The notes under the pieces are model-generated. The model searched no databases, was not told the DNA's origin, and was given only the letters and a program-made list of their open reading frames with translations. Position numbers and translations under genes: made by a program. Positions 13,994-26,568 of a stretch of DNA of 64,000 nucleotides are shown here, in pieces. The first letter of the stretch is position 1. Each line of letters begins with the position of its first letter. The stretch spans positions 121,458,001-121,522,000 of the forward strand of contig OX597814.1 of assembly GCA_951406725.2 (NCBI GenBank), read 5' to 3'. The stretch comes from Octopus vulgaris. Its lineage: Eukaryota.

Positions 13994-14036
13994 TAGGAGA
14001 AAGAAATATTATTCCTAATAATATTTCTTTCTCCTA
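13994..14036. repeat. Perfect 20-bp inverted repeat with 3-nt loop
   Basis: TAGGAGAAAGAAATATTATT-CCT-AATAATATTTCTTTCTCCTA. Confidence 0.95.
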
Positions 14037-14259
14037 AGTTTTTTTCATATTTTTGTTTTTAGTCAAAATGGAAACCACCTCACAAAACTTCAGATGTTGG
14101 TGAGCGGTAGGAGGAATGGCATCCTCCAAGTGATGCTCTAACGCCCAAGGTGGTGGGTGGTGAATTTAATCCAGGGTAAAGATTAAGTCTACCACCCATA
14201 CAGGCTATAAAGGAAGTGGCGATAAATACGCCGAGGCATCCGCTCAAATTTGCGCCATG

Positions 14260-14418
14260 TAACGACCCTCGATTGGTGCTTATTTATCAACACTGATCGG
14301 AAAAATGGTGCAGTAGATGCAGGCATGATTTCAACTCATAACGCTGAGAAATCTTCAGAAATCATAGCGTGAAGCTTTCTATTCAACCCTCAAACGACCC
14401 TGCCAATACACCACATTA
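14260..14418 (-). mobile_element. Degenerate SINE family A
   Basis: TGGTGCTTATTTATCAAC...GATTTCAACTCATAACG...CTGCCAAT collinear with family A. Confidence 0.55.
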
Positions 14419-15622
14419 AGTTGCATGTTCACAGCAATAAACATATATTTGATGTTTTTAAGTTATATCTATCATAAACCGTGATTTAGCTAATAGATTA
14501 CTGTACACTCAGCTGAGAAGTTTGCAAGTCGTTTCCAGTTTGCAACTATTCATTCTCTGCAATATGAAATAGTAAAATTCCAAATGCCCAAGACAATATA
14601 GTTAATAATAGCTACCGTAAAAGTTAGATGACGCATTTATCAGATGTACGGTAGCATTAACGAGTAATTTATTTCCCTCATGTTTGCTAGATTCGTTCGG
14701 CAGTCTAGTCTTTATCTGTAAACGTCTTGATTTATCTTTAAATTTGATTCGGAGTCAATTATTCATTGTACACATGTGATCGTTGGTATAAACAATGGTA
14801 AATTCAGTTTAAGTACACCACAAAGAAGCACTCACGATAGGGAAAAATGTTTTTGGCATGAAGACGGCTTCACAAATATCTGTCTACCATAGTTATTATA
14901 CACATATTAGCAATTTCAGTAACTCCTGTTGAACATAGAATTATTGCAAATCCAATATAGTTAAAACTAGGTTTCACTAAACGTGTTCAATTTACATCAA
15001 AGAGCACAATTTCATATGGAAATAATTTTGTAAATAAATTTACTCTGTTACCATTTCACTCATTTTTTTCTTTTTACTCTTTTACCTCTGCAAGCCACAC
15101 ACAAATATTTTGGTTAGAACAGGTAAGAGACTATAAGATATGTAGGACGAGTTTCATTACTTGTTTCTAAATATTGATTAGTTTTATAATCCGTAAGCAC
15201 GTTAGTATGCAAGGGAAACAAATGTATTAAAATAGGATTAATTCTATTCATAATGATTCCATCTTCTCAGAATTAGTTTTCTTTCTCTATCGAATCTTTA
15301 TTTTATAACCGTGTAAATATTATTACATTGATTTTAATCTCATTTACATTACATCCCTTCACTCCACAACCACCGCAGAAGTTCCGTTTTTCTTTGGACA
15401 TGCGCAGTCTATTGTTTCAGATTTATGATTTCTATTGTTCTAATTGTATTCTAGGAAGGTTTTTTGATTTCTAAATATCTTACGAAAATGTCCCCTTAGT
15501 TTTATTCGTTGAATAAAATAAAACGATACGATTACGATATGCTTTTTATAAAGCAGCTTCCCGAAAATTTAAACCTACTCTGATTTATGTATGTTTGCCA
15601 TGATATTATTACGATAGATATT

Positions 15623-15828
15623 AAGGTGACGAGCTGACAAGAATAGTTAGCATGCTGGGAAAAATGCTAGCGGCACTTCGTCCGTATTTATATTGTCAGT
15701 TCGAATTGCTCTGAAGTTGGCTTTTACATTTATTTTTGGGGGATCCATAAAATAAAAAACAGTTTGGTACTGGGACGGACATAATCGATTGTCCACTTCC
15801 CCCAGCTTGTTGGCCTAGTATCAACATT
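15623..15828 (+). mobile_element. SINE family A, diverged, alternative tail
   Basis: AAGGTGACGAGCTGAC head, AGTTCGAATTGC B-box, tail TGTTGGCCTAGTATCAACATTT. Confidence 0.75.
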
Positions 15829-15829
15829 T

Positions 15830-16120
15830 CACTGGACTGTCTGAATTATACAGGCGGGAAAGACATGCAGCAATATACATCTGGAAAATTCTGGAAGGCC
15901 TTCTGACAAAGTTTGGCATTGAAAGTTACACAAAGAGCAGAGTGGGGTTCCTCTCCACAGTGCCAAAATTCCCAGCATCGCCATCAAAATACCGGAGCAG
16001 ATACTGTAACAACTTAAATTTCAAATGTCGATAACTCTTGAATATCCTTCCAAAATGCGAAAATGCGTGAGAGACCTGCACATTGTAGATATAGGTGTCT
16101 TTAGAAGAAAACTGGATTCT
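15830..16120 (+). mobile_element. CR1/L2-group LINE ORF2 C-terminal fragment
   Basis: RRERHAAIYIWKILEGL...YCNNLNFK...LLNILPK...VFRRKLD, typical CR1-like C-terminus. Confidence 0.75.
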
Positions 16121-16503
16121 GTTGGCAACAGCTTAGTTGTGTAATGAACCGGTGTGTGACCAGCAGCTTTCCTCATGTCTCCGGAAATTATGTCTACATT
16201 CTTATTGAAGGATTCACCTTCTCAGGGAAGTTAACAATCTCTTTAAAAACTTTTTATAAAACTGTGAATCATTAGAAAGCAATTTAAGTCTGCTTATAAT
16301 TTGAGTTTAAATTTCATAGAACTCACTCCTAATACTTCATGAGGATAATCAAACTCTCTAGGATGTCTGGAAAACATATATGTGATTTAGCTGATGAATA
16401 CTGGACATTTGTATTTGCTATAATATTTGCAGCTTCGAATAAAATTGTTCTTAGTATGAAACAATTGTACTAAACTACTAATCCATTCTTGTTGCTTTTT
16501 TCT

Positions 16504-16595
<92 letters not shown>

Positions 16596-17142
16596 AGGGG
16601 GGAAAGAGAGAGACATAGATTGATAGATTGATAGATAGATACATACATGCATTAATATTTAAGTATATATGACCCTTTAAAATATTACTATACGCACTCG
16701 CAAACGCAATTTTTCTCACGACTCGATAAATATACCCTTGTGCGCTTGAATATACGCAAACATATGTATGAATATTTGAATATGTGTATATATGAGTGTG
16801 TGCCTACGACATTGTGTTTCTGTGCGCATGTAAAAGCTTCCTTCTGCAAAATGGCGACCTCTAACATCAAAGTTTGAATCATCCTTTGTTTTAGAAATAA
16901 AATTTGAAGGAAAACGAATATATATGGATTTCTGCATAACAACATGAACTAATATATGTATGTATATGTGTATGTGTGCATGTGTGTGTGTGTGTTTTAC
17001 ATCATAGTCATGAAGAAATGCAGTTATATATTCGTTTATAAAGTTATTTGTACATATATATATGTGTGTGTGTATATGCATATACCTATACAATGTATAC
17101 ACACAAATGCACAAGCACACGCAGGCGCACACTTATACACGC

Positions 17143-17173
<31 letters not shown>

Positions 17174-17735
17174 CACATACATACATATATATATATGTAT
17201 ATGTATATACATACATATATATATATATATATATACATACATATATGTATATATAATGCATATATATATTTACATGTACAACGTTAAAAGTAGATTCCTG
17301 TGACGCCACATTTAACGTTTTTCTGAAAATTTTGATTCAAGAAAAATATATATACCTCTATAAATACAATCTCTTTGTGTATTTAAATTACATACTGCGT
17401 GATAAGAAAATATAGCTTGCAGTTCCTAAAATTCATAAGGACACTACTAATGTATATATGTTGTTCTTTGTTATCTTTTGCATCTGCTTTCTGCTCAGTT
17501 ATCTGTTAGGAAGGTATTAAGGCATACAAAACACATACAATTATCGTTAAAAAAGCAATACATAAATAACTGAATGAAAACTTGAATTTATGCAGATGGG
17601 AGTCGCGTCATGAAGATGAATCCAATTGTTTAAAACAGCTGAGGTTTAAAATTCCCATCATTATTCTACTTTAAAATAATGCAATATTGTATTGTAAAGA
17701 GGTTTCATGCAAAATCCGTATGCACACATACACGA

Positions 17736-17788
<53 letters not shown>

Positions 17789-17838
17789 TGTGTATATATG
17801 TGTGTATACATACAAATTCGTATGTATATATGTATATA

Positions 17839-18744
17839 TACACGGTCTGCTCAATAAGAGTCACAACTGTTACCATAGTAACAAATCTATAGCATACAGA
17901 ACAAAGCTGCTTGGCACAGATTGAACTTGGCCTCTGTTGTTCACGTACATTATGTTTGAGTGCTCCAGCCCCCTTCCAGTGTTTACAGCAATGCTTGGAA
18001 GAAAGGTGTGTAGTGTGTTACCGTCACATTAACCATAGCAGAGAACGATAAGCAGAGAATTGGCATCAAATTTTGCTAAAATGCTTAACGATACCAGCTC
18101 AGAGGTCTACATGAAGTTTTCAAAAAGTCTTCATTGTTCTCCACACAATTAAGCAGATCTTGTACGACTGATACTTGAGTATCTTTTTGATGAGCTGAAA
18201 GCAGTTTTGACACAAACTTGGGAGACACGCAACTCATAGACACATTTTCAATGATTATGTACTGAACTGAAACGTAATGAATTTGCACATCCTCTGATAT
18301 CTCACGGATGGTGATTCGACGATTTCCCCTCACTGCTGCATGCACACCTGCGGCAAAGTTTTACTTAATTCTGCTGGTTGCAGATCTCCGCAAACGTTCG
18401 TCAATATCGATGTATTTTCGGCCAAATTTTGAAACGTCTGAACCACTTGTACACTTGTGTGCGGCTCATACACATCTCTCCATACACTTTCTGCAACATT
18501 GCGTATGCCTCTGAGCATGTGTCACCATGACAACCTTCTCTGTCATGGTTAACGCAACTATCATGCGCTACACACCTTCATTCCCAGCACTGCTGTAAAC
18601 AGCCGAAGTAAGCTAGAGGATTAAAAATTAGTACGCATGCACAGCAGAGCTTAACGTCAATCTATGCCAATCTGCTTCACTCTGCGTGTTTTAGCTTCGT
18701 TACTATGTCAACATTCCGGATACTTATTGATCGGATTTCGCATA
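17839..18744. mobile_element. Fold-back mariner derivative made of two inverted 5' ends
   Basis: Related termini TACACGGTCTGCTCAATAAG / CTTATTGATCGGATTTCGCA in TA context; plus arm to about 18115 encodes EN.KQRIGIKFC; minus arm encodes NRRITIREISEDVQI...VSPKFVSKLLS (mariner HTH and WVP-linker region). Confidence 0.88.
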
Positions 18745-18967
18745 TATATACCTAAATATATACATACGGACATCGTGTTACAGATTCAAAACAATCTTAA
18801 TGTTACATCATAATTAATATCGTTCGATATTGTGATCTATACTCTATCTTTCTAAATTTATGCTATATGTTATAAATATATTGTTTTGATAGTCTAATAT
18901 ATAGCGAAGTTCTGTGTGACATTATAGAGGGGTGCTATCATAGGCAGACGTACTAGTGATACGGATC

Positions 18968-19125
18968 TCAAATTGTCGCACAGGTCGACAAGTTTCAGTG
19001 GTATTATATCCACCTCAATGTTCAAATGTTACTTATTTTACTGACCTTGATAGGAGGAAAAACAATGTCGACCTCAGCAGAATTTGAACTCAGAACGTGA
19101 AGTCGGACGAAATGCTGCCAACGAC
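18968..19125 (-). mobile_element. SINE family A, degenerate
   Basis: GTCGACCTCAGCAGAATTTGAACTCAGAACGT at about 19067-19099. Confidence 0.8.
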
Positions 19126-19432
19126 ACATTATTCCACGCACCTTCTCTTATTTGATGAATGCTCATTTCTCACGATTCTACACATCTTTTACTAGCTATT
19201 TGACATGATCATTCTCCCCTACAAGGCATCCGTGCCGATGCTATTCTTCCCATTTCTTTTTCTATCCCACCGCTAACTTCACGCCCATCTATCATACACC
19301 CCTATTTTCTTCTTTCATTCTGACCCTTCTTCTCACCTACTGTGTATCCGACTAGTAGCCCTTTTTCATTTCCCTTCATATCTCTCTCTCCCTCTTTCTC
19401 TCTCCCTTTCTCTCTCTATCTCTCTCTCTCTC

Positions 19433-19496
<64 letters not shown>

Positions 19497-20316
19497 TCTT
19501 TATCCTCATCAATCTCCTCAAAATATCTTACTTTCCCAATTGGGTTGAGTATCTATTAACGTCTCTCTATATATATTGTATTTGTCCCTGCAGTCATACG
19601 GAATCCCCTTCTGTTCTAAAGCTCTCTTGAATTTTCTGGTGCCTTATTCAGGAGTAAAACCGTCTACCTTCTAGATCTTTCCTTGTTCCTATTACATTCA
19701 TACGTATTTATGTATTTGTTATCTCTTCAATGTCTTGTAAATATATCATAAATCGATTTGATGCCTTACAGAAGCCTCTTCATATATTTCCCCTAATGCC
19801 TAAATACACACGCTTTTATACATACATACGTACGTACCTAATACGTATATACATACAGAAAGTGATCCTCATCATTACTTTACAAGTTAGACTGTTGTAT
19901 TACTTGAGCCAATGATTTATAGATAACAGTTGTCGAAGAGATAATGCAACGAACCAGGAATCAAATGGCTGAAAACAGACCATCTTATCCGCGAAGAAAT
20001 CCCATATCCCATAAGGAAGCGGAAAATTCGATCACACACCATGTGCATCCAATCACCACAATTGAATACATTAATTTTACGACACATTACAGTGGGAAAA
20101 ACGGCGGTGCTGCAATGAAACATATTTTCGATGACAACAAAGTTTTCACTTACTTTTCAACTATGAATAAAGTGCTTTACTACATTTAATGCATACCTCG
20201 GTTTCTTAGGAGGAATACTCAAGGGTTATGTATGTATGTATGTATGTATATATGGCGTGTAACATACACATGAGTAGTAATCTTAACACACACACACACG
20301 CGCGCATATATATATA

Positions 20317-20376
<60 letters not shown>

Positions 20377-20425
20377 AATACATACATACATATATGTATG
20401 TATGTATGTATGTATATATATATAT

Positions 20426-20470
<45 letters not shown>

Positions 20471-21144
20471 TGGATATATACATATATATATATATATATA
20501 TGCGCATAAGTGTGTATATCTCTGTGTGTGTGTACGTGTATAATATAAGAAATAAGACAGAGAGCGAAAGATAGATAATGCTTGAGTCGGAGTGGGAAGT
20601 AACTAAACACATGTGCGAAACACATACAACTGAAGTAGCTCTTTATATATGTAGAAAATAAAAAGTTTTCTTTAAAATAAGATAAATATATTTCCAATAC
20701 ATTGACTAGCTTAATGTGTATTATTATTTACATATGGAGATTGTAGTTCATCTCTTATCTACAGCTCCTTCTGCTGTCATTTACAACCATTAATCTTAGG
20801 AATTATTCAAAGTTGTTATAGTATATCTCACTCTGTATGTTCTGAATGGGGAATATATAATACTGATAATAGTTTATGGAATTGCTTTTCATGACAAAGA
20901 ATTGAAAATATTTTCTAACTTTCAAAAGAGAAAAACAAAAATATTTGCAAACAGGTCAAATCTTGATGGTGCTAAAATACATTATCACGAAATTATATGA
21001 TGTTTCCTTATTACTGTAGCACTTGAATTTGAATATCGTCAACATATATACGCGTGTGTATGTGTGAATGTGCTTGCGCTTAAGAGTACACATACATACA
21101 TACATACATACATACATACATACATACATACATACATACATACA

Positions 21145-21175
<31 letters not shown>

Positions 21176-21475
21176 CTACAGTTGCAATCAAGTATACATG
21201 TATCTTTCTATATGTGTGTGTATGTATGTGTGCCTATGTTTGTATGTTTGTATGTGGTCTGAAGGATGTGTTTTAATAAGAATATGATTTTAAAATGAGT
21301 TATTCTTCACTATTCTCACGCAGAGACAAAAAAAAGTCGTATTATCGAAATGGAACAGCAAATCGTTCTGCCTCTTACTACCAGTAATCTTGTTTCTCTA
21401 CATGTTCTTTATCTCCTTCTCTCACACCCTCTCGCTATCTCAGTATATGAATACACAGACACACAAAAACACACG

Positions 21476-21540
<65 letters not shown>

Positions 21541-21911
21541 CTGTGTGTGTGTGAGTGTGCACGTGTGTCTGTGTGTGTGTGTGTGTTTGTGAGCTGGTCC
21601 ATATAATGAAAAAGATATGAATGGGCATCCTGGAGATAAAACATTTCGTGGGAGTGGGCGATGTCCTCCTTGTATTGTTGAAAGATTGAAATATAACAAT
21701 GTGCTTTAGTAGTGTGTTCTCTACTCATTTGCAATGTATACTGAGTCCGAAGCGCACAGAACAACCATATGGAGAAGGTGTATTCCGGGATTAAGATAGC
21801 AGTATCACCTGTTCTTATGGAACATCCACTTTTAGGTGGCGATAAACATAGCCTCTCAGCATAAATACTACTTTCTTTCATCCATCGTAGAGATGTTCTT
21901 AACGAGCCAGT

Positions 21912-21994
<83 letters not shown>

Positions 21995-22066
21995 ATATAA
22001 ATATGTATATGTATATGTACATATATACATATATATCTACACACACACACACACGCATATATATAT

Positions 22067-22142
<76 letters not shown>

Positions 22143-22145
<3 letters not shown>

Positions 22146-22204
22146 TGGCTGTTTATATATAACATATAGCCAGAGCACCCTCTCTGTAATTAATAGACTC
22201 CTTG
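22143..22204 (-). repeat. 62-bp sequence, inverted partner of 26507-26568
   Basis: Reverse complement matches 26507-26568 with 2 mismatches. Confidence 0.93.
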
Positions 22205-22494
22205 TAGAAATAAGAATTTCCTCCTAGATATGATGCCACTTCAAAATGAACACAGACAGAGAGATAGATAGGTAAAATTAATTGGTGTATGTATAAAGTG
22301 ATATATAGGCATATACATAGGTAGCTGTTCAATGGAATAGCACTCATGTTAGACAATACGTTACAAAAGATTTCTTCTTTGACAAAAAAGACACCTATGT
22401 TGAACTACTTTGCAGAATATAGAAATTTAGCTCACATGACACATAAACGTTGAGAATTTAACAACATTAACTAAGAACTATATTGTCAAATTTC

Positions 22495-22745
22495 ATTTTT
22501 GGATTTGGTTTGCAAGATTCTCCATGTGAGTTCGTGTGTTGAAGTATATTCTGTTGTGTCGGGGAGAGTCTTTCTCTTTTGGTGCCTTATAATTTAAAAA
22601 ACTCACCGGTAAAATTTCCACTTATTTGTTTTTTTATTTTTCCAAAATTTTCGTTGCTAAAAAAGAAATAAGTGGAAATTTTACTGGTGTGTTAAATTCT
22701 GAGGCACCAAAAGAGGATGACTCTCCCCAGACACAACAGATTATA
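22495..22745. repeat. Fold-back repeat: about 200-bp imperfect palindrome (22545-22745), probably PLE terminal sequence
   Basis: TCTGTTGTGTC-GGGGAGAGTC...CACCGGTAAAATTTCCACTTATTT mirrored by AAATAAGTGGAAATTTTACTGGTG...GACTCTCCCCAGACACAACAGA. Confidence 0.85.
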
Positions 22746-23049
22746 GTATCAAAGTTTTCCGTAATTGGTTGGAAAGCATTCCCTTCTGTGAATTTAGACA
22801 ATTAAATAAACTGCGCCGCACTGAATGTCATATGCATAGGATAATTGACTTACTTAAAACACCTATTAGCGAAACTGTGTTATTTCCCTTCGGTCATTTT
22901 ATTTTCCATATTGTTGAGTGCCTAAATTTGGTGAGTGTTTAGAAATTTCAACTTGCTGACTTGAACCAATATGTTTCAACTTACAAATGGTGGCGGTGAA
23001 TTATTTAGTAAACACTTTAGACCCAGTTTCATGCATGTCTCAAATATTG

Positions 23050-23430
23050 GCGTCAAATTTTGACAAAAGGCCAACAGTTTCAGTTAGTTCTTTACAAAGT
23101 CATTATTCTATAATACGTTAAAGCAGAAAAAAAAATAATAAATAAAACAAGCAAACATTAAAAAATTCTGCATCGTGTAAAGTTAAGAAAATATGATTTC
23201 GTACATTTAAATTCCAGAACTTCATATTTTCCATGAAATCATTTTCCAAATATAATTTGTGACTGACAATAATAGACCTCTAGTGCCCACATGATACTTA
23301 ATTTATCAACCGTTAATGGATGTAAGGCAAAGTCGACGGCGGCGGAAATTGAACTCGGGACGTAAAAACAGACGAATTACTGCAAAGCATTTTGCCCGGC
23401 GTGCTAACGATACTGCCAAGCTCGCCGCAT
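23050..23430 (-). mobile_element. SINE family A interrupted by an inverted copy of downstream DNA
   Basis: Tail CAAATTTTGACAAAAGGCCAACA at 23054-23076; body resumes at about 23276-23430 with B-box and head. Confidence 0.8.
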
Positions 23431-23875
23431 TCCATCCCTCAAATATTACAATTGAAAACTCACCCTAATTTCGAGTAAGAACTTTACTTAGAGTTTGGTG
23501 TACATTAAGGTGCCTGGTATTTTAGCTATCAGGTATAGGTTAGAAAACTAGTGGTTAACATTAGGATCATCCTCATGAAGAGGGTCAACATCACTATCAT
23601 TAACTCTTCCTCGATATCTTGCTATTTGGAGAATACTATGTTAACTATAATTAACATACAATGAAATATTTTAAACAATAATTGTCAGCCACAAATTATA
23701 TTTGGAAAAATCATTTCATAGAAAATATAGGAAAATATAAAATTATGGAATTTAAATGAACGAAATCATATTTTCTTAACTTTACACGATGCGGATTTTT
23801 TTATGTTTACTTGTTTTATTTTTTTTCTTCTGCTTTAACATATTATAGAATAATGATTTTGTAAAGAACTAATTG
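23081..23875. repeat. Long inverted repeat, arms 23081-23275 and 23676-23875
   Basis: Arms align in reverse complement over about 195 bp, e.g. GCATCGTGTAAAGTTAAGAAAATATGATTTCGT / ACGAAATCATATTTTCTTAACTTTACACGATGC. Confidence 0.93.
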
Positions 23876-24399
23876 TCTTATTTCACCAGATTTTTCGATG
23901 AACTTTCCAATATATTCTATTTCAAGAATATCTGACATTTAAACATAATCCAGAGCAGATATCACTAATTCCCAGAAATAACTCACTTGATTAGAAAATT
24001 GTCTTTTCAGATTTTAGTAGAAAGAATATGGAATATATTGAATACAATTGATACCATAACATTAATGTATTTTTCTTGTAATCGATATTGCCATACACCC
24101 ACAAAAGTATTTTAAAGAATAACATCTTCTCTAAAATCTGACTTCAGTTTCAAATATACCCGACATAGCGTACATCGAGATATATATAACATGATATTAA
24201 ATCATGATGAAATATGCTCAATGGTCAAGCAAACACGTGATTCTAATTCATATTTGACCTTTGTGAATATTAGACTTATTGACAGAAATACAGAATACAG
24301 TATTCTGTATGTATCATCAATTCTAAAGGAAGAGTCAAAGGATTGCTCTTCATATATTTATCTAATCTCTTCTCTCCACCCAAACACATATTTATTCTT

Positions 24400-24592
24400 T
24401 TATTCTTTTACATGTTTCAGTCATTTGAATGTGGCCATGCTGGAGCACAACCTTAAGGGGTTTCAGTGGAAGAAATCGAGGCTAAGACTTATTCTTCGTA
24501 AGTCTAGTACTAATTCTAGATTATCGTAACCATTAAGTTATGGAGACGCAAATACACCAACATCGGTTATCAAGCAACAGTGAGGGGGACAA
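24400..24592 (-). mobile_element. SINE family B, 3' half only
   Basis: GTGGCCATGCTGGAGCAC...CATCGGTTATCAAGC...GGGGGACAAA. Confidence 0.82.
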
Positions 24593-24870
24593 ATTCTTGA
24601 AGAGCAAGTATCTAATTTGTTGATATATTTGTTGTTATAAAAATACTGGAACTAGAAGCCATTATATTGTAATAAACGTACGGCCCACCCTGCCTAAATT
24701 GAGGATCATGTATTGCAATAGTTTAGGATGGAAAAGTCGACAGTTCTTATAATACCCAGGCAAAAATAATTAAGAAACCTATACAATGTGAACATAAATG
24801 TTTTCAAAAGAGAGTTAAACATTCATTTCTCTTCACTAGCGGACGAACTCATGGCTCAGCAACAGTCAAG
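24593..24870 (+). mobile_element. Older CR1-like LINE C-terminal fragment
   Basis: ILEEQVSN...MYCNSLGWK...NVFKRELN collinear with 15890-16110. Confidence 0.55.
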
Positions 24871-24999
24871 GGATATTTCATATACAGGAGGGGCGGTATG
24901 AAATCCCAACAATATGACGAAATCAGCCATTAAAAAAACGATATGTAAAAGTGCAAAACACGGGGGTGCTTAGTATATATCTACATTTTTCAAAATGTG

Positions 25000-25210
25000 A
25001 CCTCGTGTGTACCGTTGGCGATTTTTTTTCCTCTCTCTCCCCTTCTCTAGATCTTTTCTTCTTCTATGTTTCCGACGAAGAGCTCCGCTCGAAACGTTAA
25101 CCCCTCCTTCTTTCCTTCTTTCCTGAGCGTCCAATAATACTATATTTGTTCCACGTCCTCACGTTGTTGTGTTTTTTTGTGCTTTCTTGTTTGGATTAAC
25201 TTTAACTACG
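25000..25210 (+). mobile_element. Short Penelope-like terminal element with hammerhead-like core, ending in (TA)n
   Basis: CCGACGA-A-GAGC/TCC/GCTC-GAAA-CG-TT at 25072-25098; same layout as 9345-9502. Confidence 0.65.
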
Positions 25211-25305
25211 TATATATATATATATATAAATCTATCTGTCTGTGTATCTATCTTTTCATCTCTATACATATATATGTGTGTGTGTATGTATGCATATGTG
25301 TACAG

Positions 25306-25395
<90 letters not shown>

Positions 25396-25751
25396 ATACC
25401 TACATATCTATACAGAGATGAAGGGTGCGATTAAAATGTTAAGTTAACGTCATATGGCTGATATTTAGCCGTAACTACTTTCACAAAGAAATACTGATAT
25501 TCCAGTAAAAACGAATATGTGAAAGTCGTTCTTGGTTATTTAAAGAATATTTTATTTGTCATTTTATCCAGAATACCATTGCATAAAATCAAAATATATT
25601 CAAATTTAAGTTGCACAATATACAGTATAGTTTAGATAAAGCAGCATAAAATTGATTGTATAATCCAAATTATAATGGATATTTTCTTCCGAATAATATC
25701 TACTCATACATGGCTCATATATGTGGAAAAAAATTGAATAATATGAAACAG

Positions 25752-25754
<3 letters not shown>

Positions 25755-25839
<85 letters not shown>

Positions 25840-25893
25840 TTTATATATAAATTTTTGTTGATATATATACATACATTGAGATATATATTTACG

Positions 25894-25925
<32 letters not shown>

Positions 25926-25935
25926 TTATATAAAT

Positions 25936-26030
<95 letters not shown>

Positions 26031-26115
26031 GTACATATATTTGTATATATATATATATATAAATGTATATACATATATAAATATATATACTTTTACATAT
26101 ATATATATATATAAA
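25755..26115. repeat. Compound (TA)n array
   Basis: Direct reading; one of many (also about 8470-8625, 9997-10110, 20305-20500, 46048-46305, 47415-47737, 59510-59811). Confidence 0.95.
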
Positions 26116-26387
26116 TATGGTGACAAGAAAGCATAAATATACATGTACTTTGAAACACCCTTGGGTTAGTGTATAGAGGCGTTAGTGTTATATATATTTG
26201 TCATGTGTTATTTTATTTCCACATGAAATTGCACATAAATAGTGTAAATGCATACAGCCCAGCACGCACACATACGTACACAAATGTTTCACCCAAAAAT
26301 ACATACATAGATATTTTATCTCCTTTTATATATAGTCTTATATATATTATATTATATCATATTATATTATATTATATTATATTATAT

Positions 26388-26444
<57 letters not shown>

Positions 26445-26506
26445 CATACATACATATATGTATGTATATATATATATGAAATTGTAAGTCATCATCCGGA
26501 AAAAAG

Positions 26507-26568
26507 CAAGGAGTCTATTAATTACAAAGAGGGCGCTCTGGCTATATGTTATATATAAACAGCCATAT
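26507..26568 (+). repeat. 62-bp sequence, inverted partner of 22143-22204
   Basis: CAAGGAGTCTATTAATTACAAAGAGGGCGCTCTGGCTATATGTTATATATAAACAGCCATAT. Confidence 0.93.
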
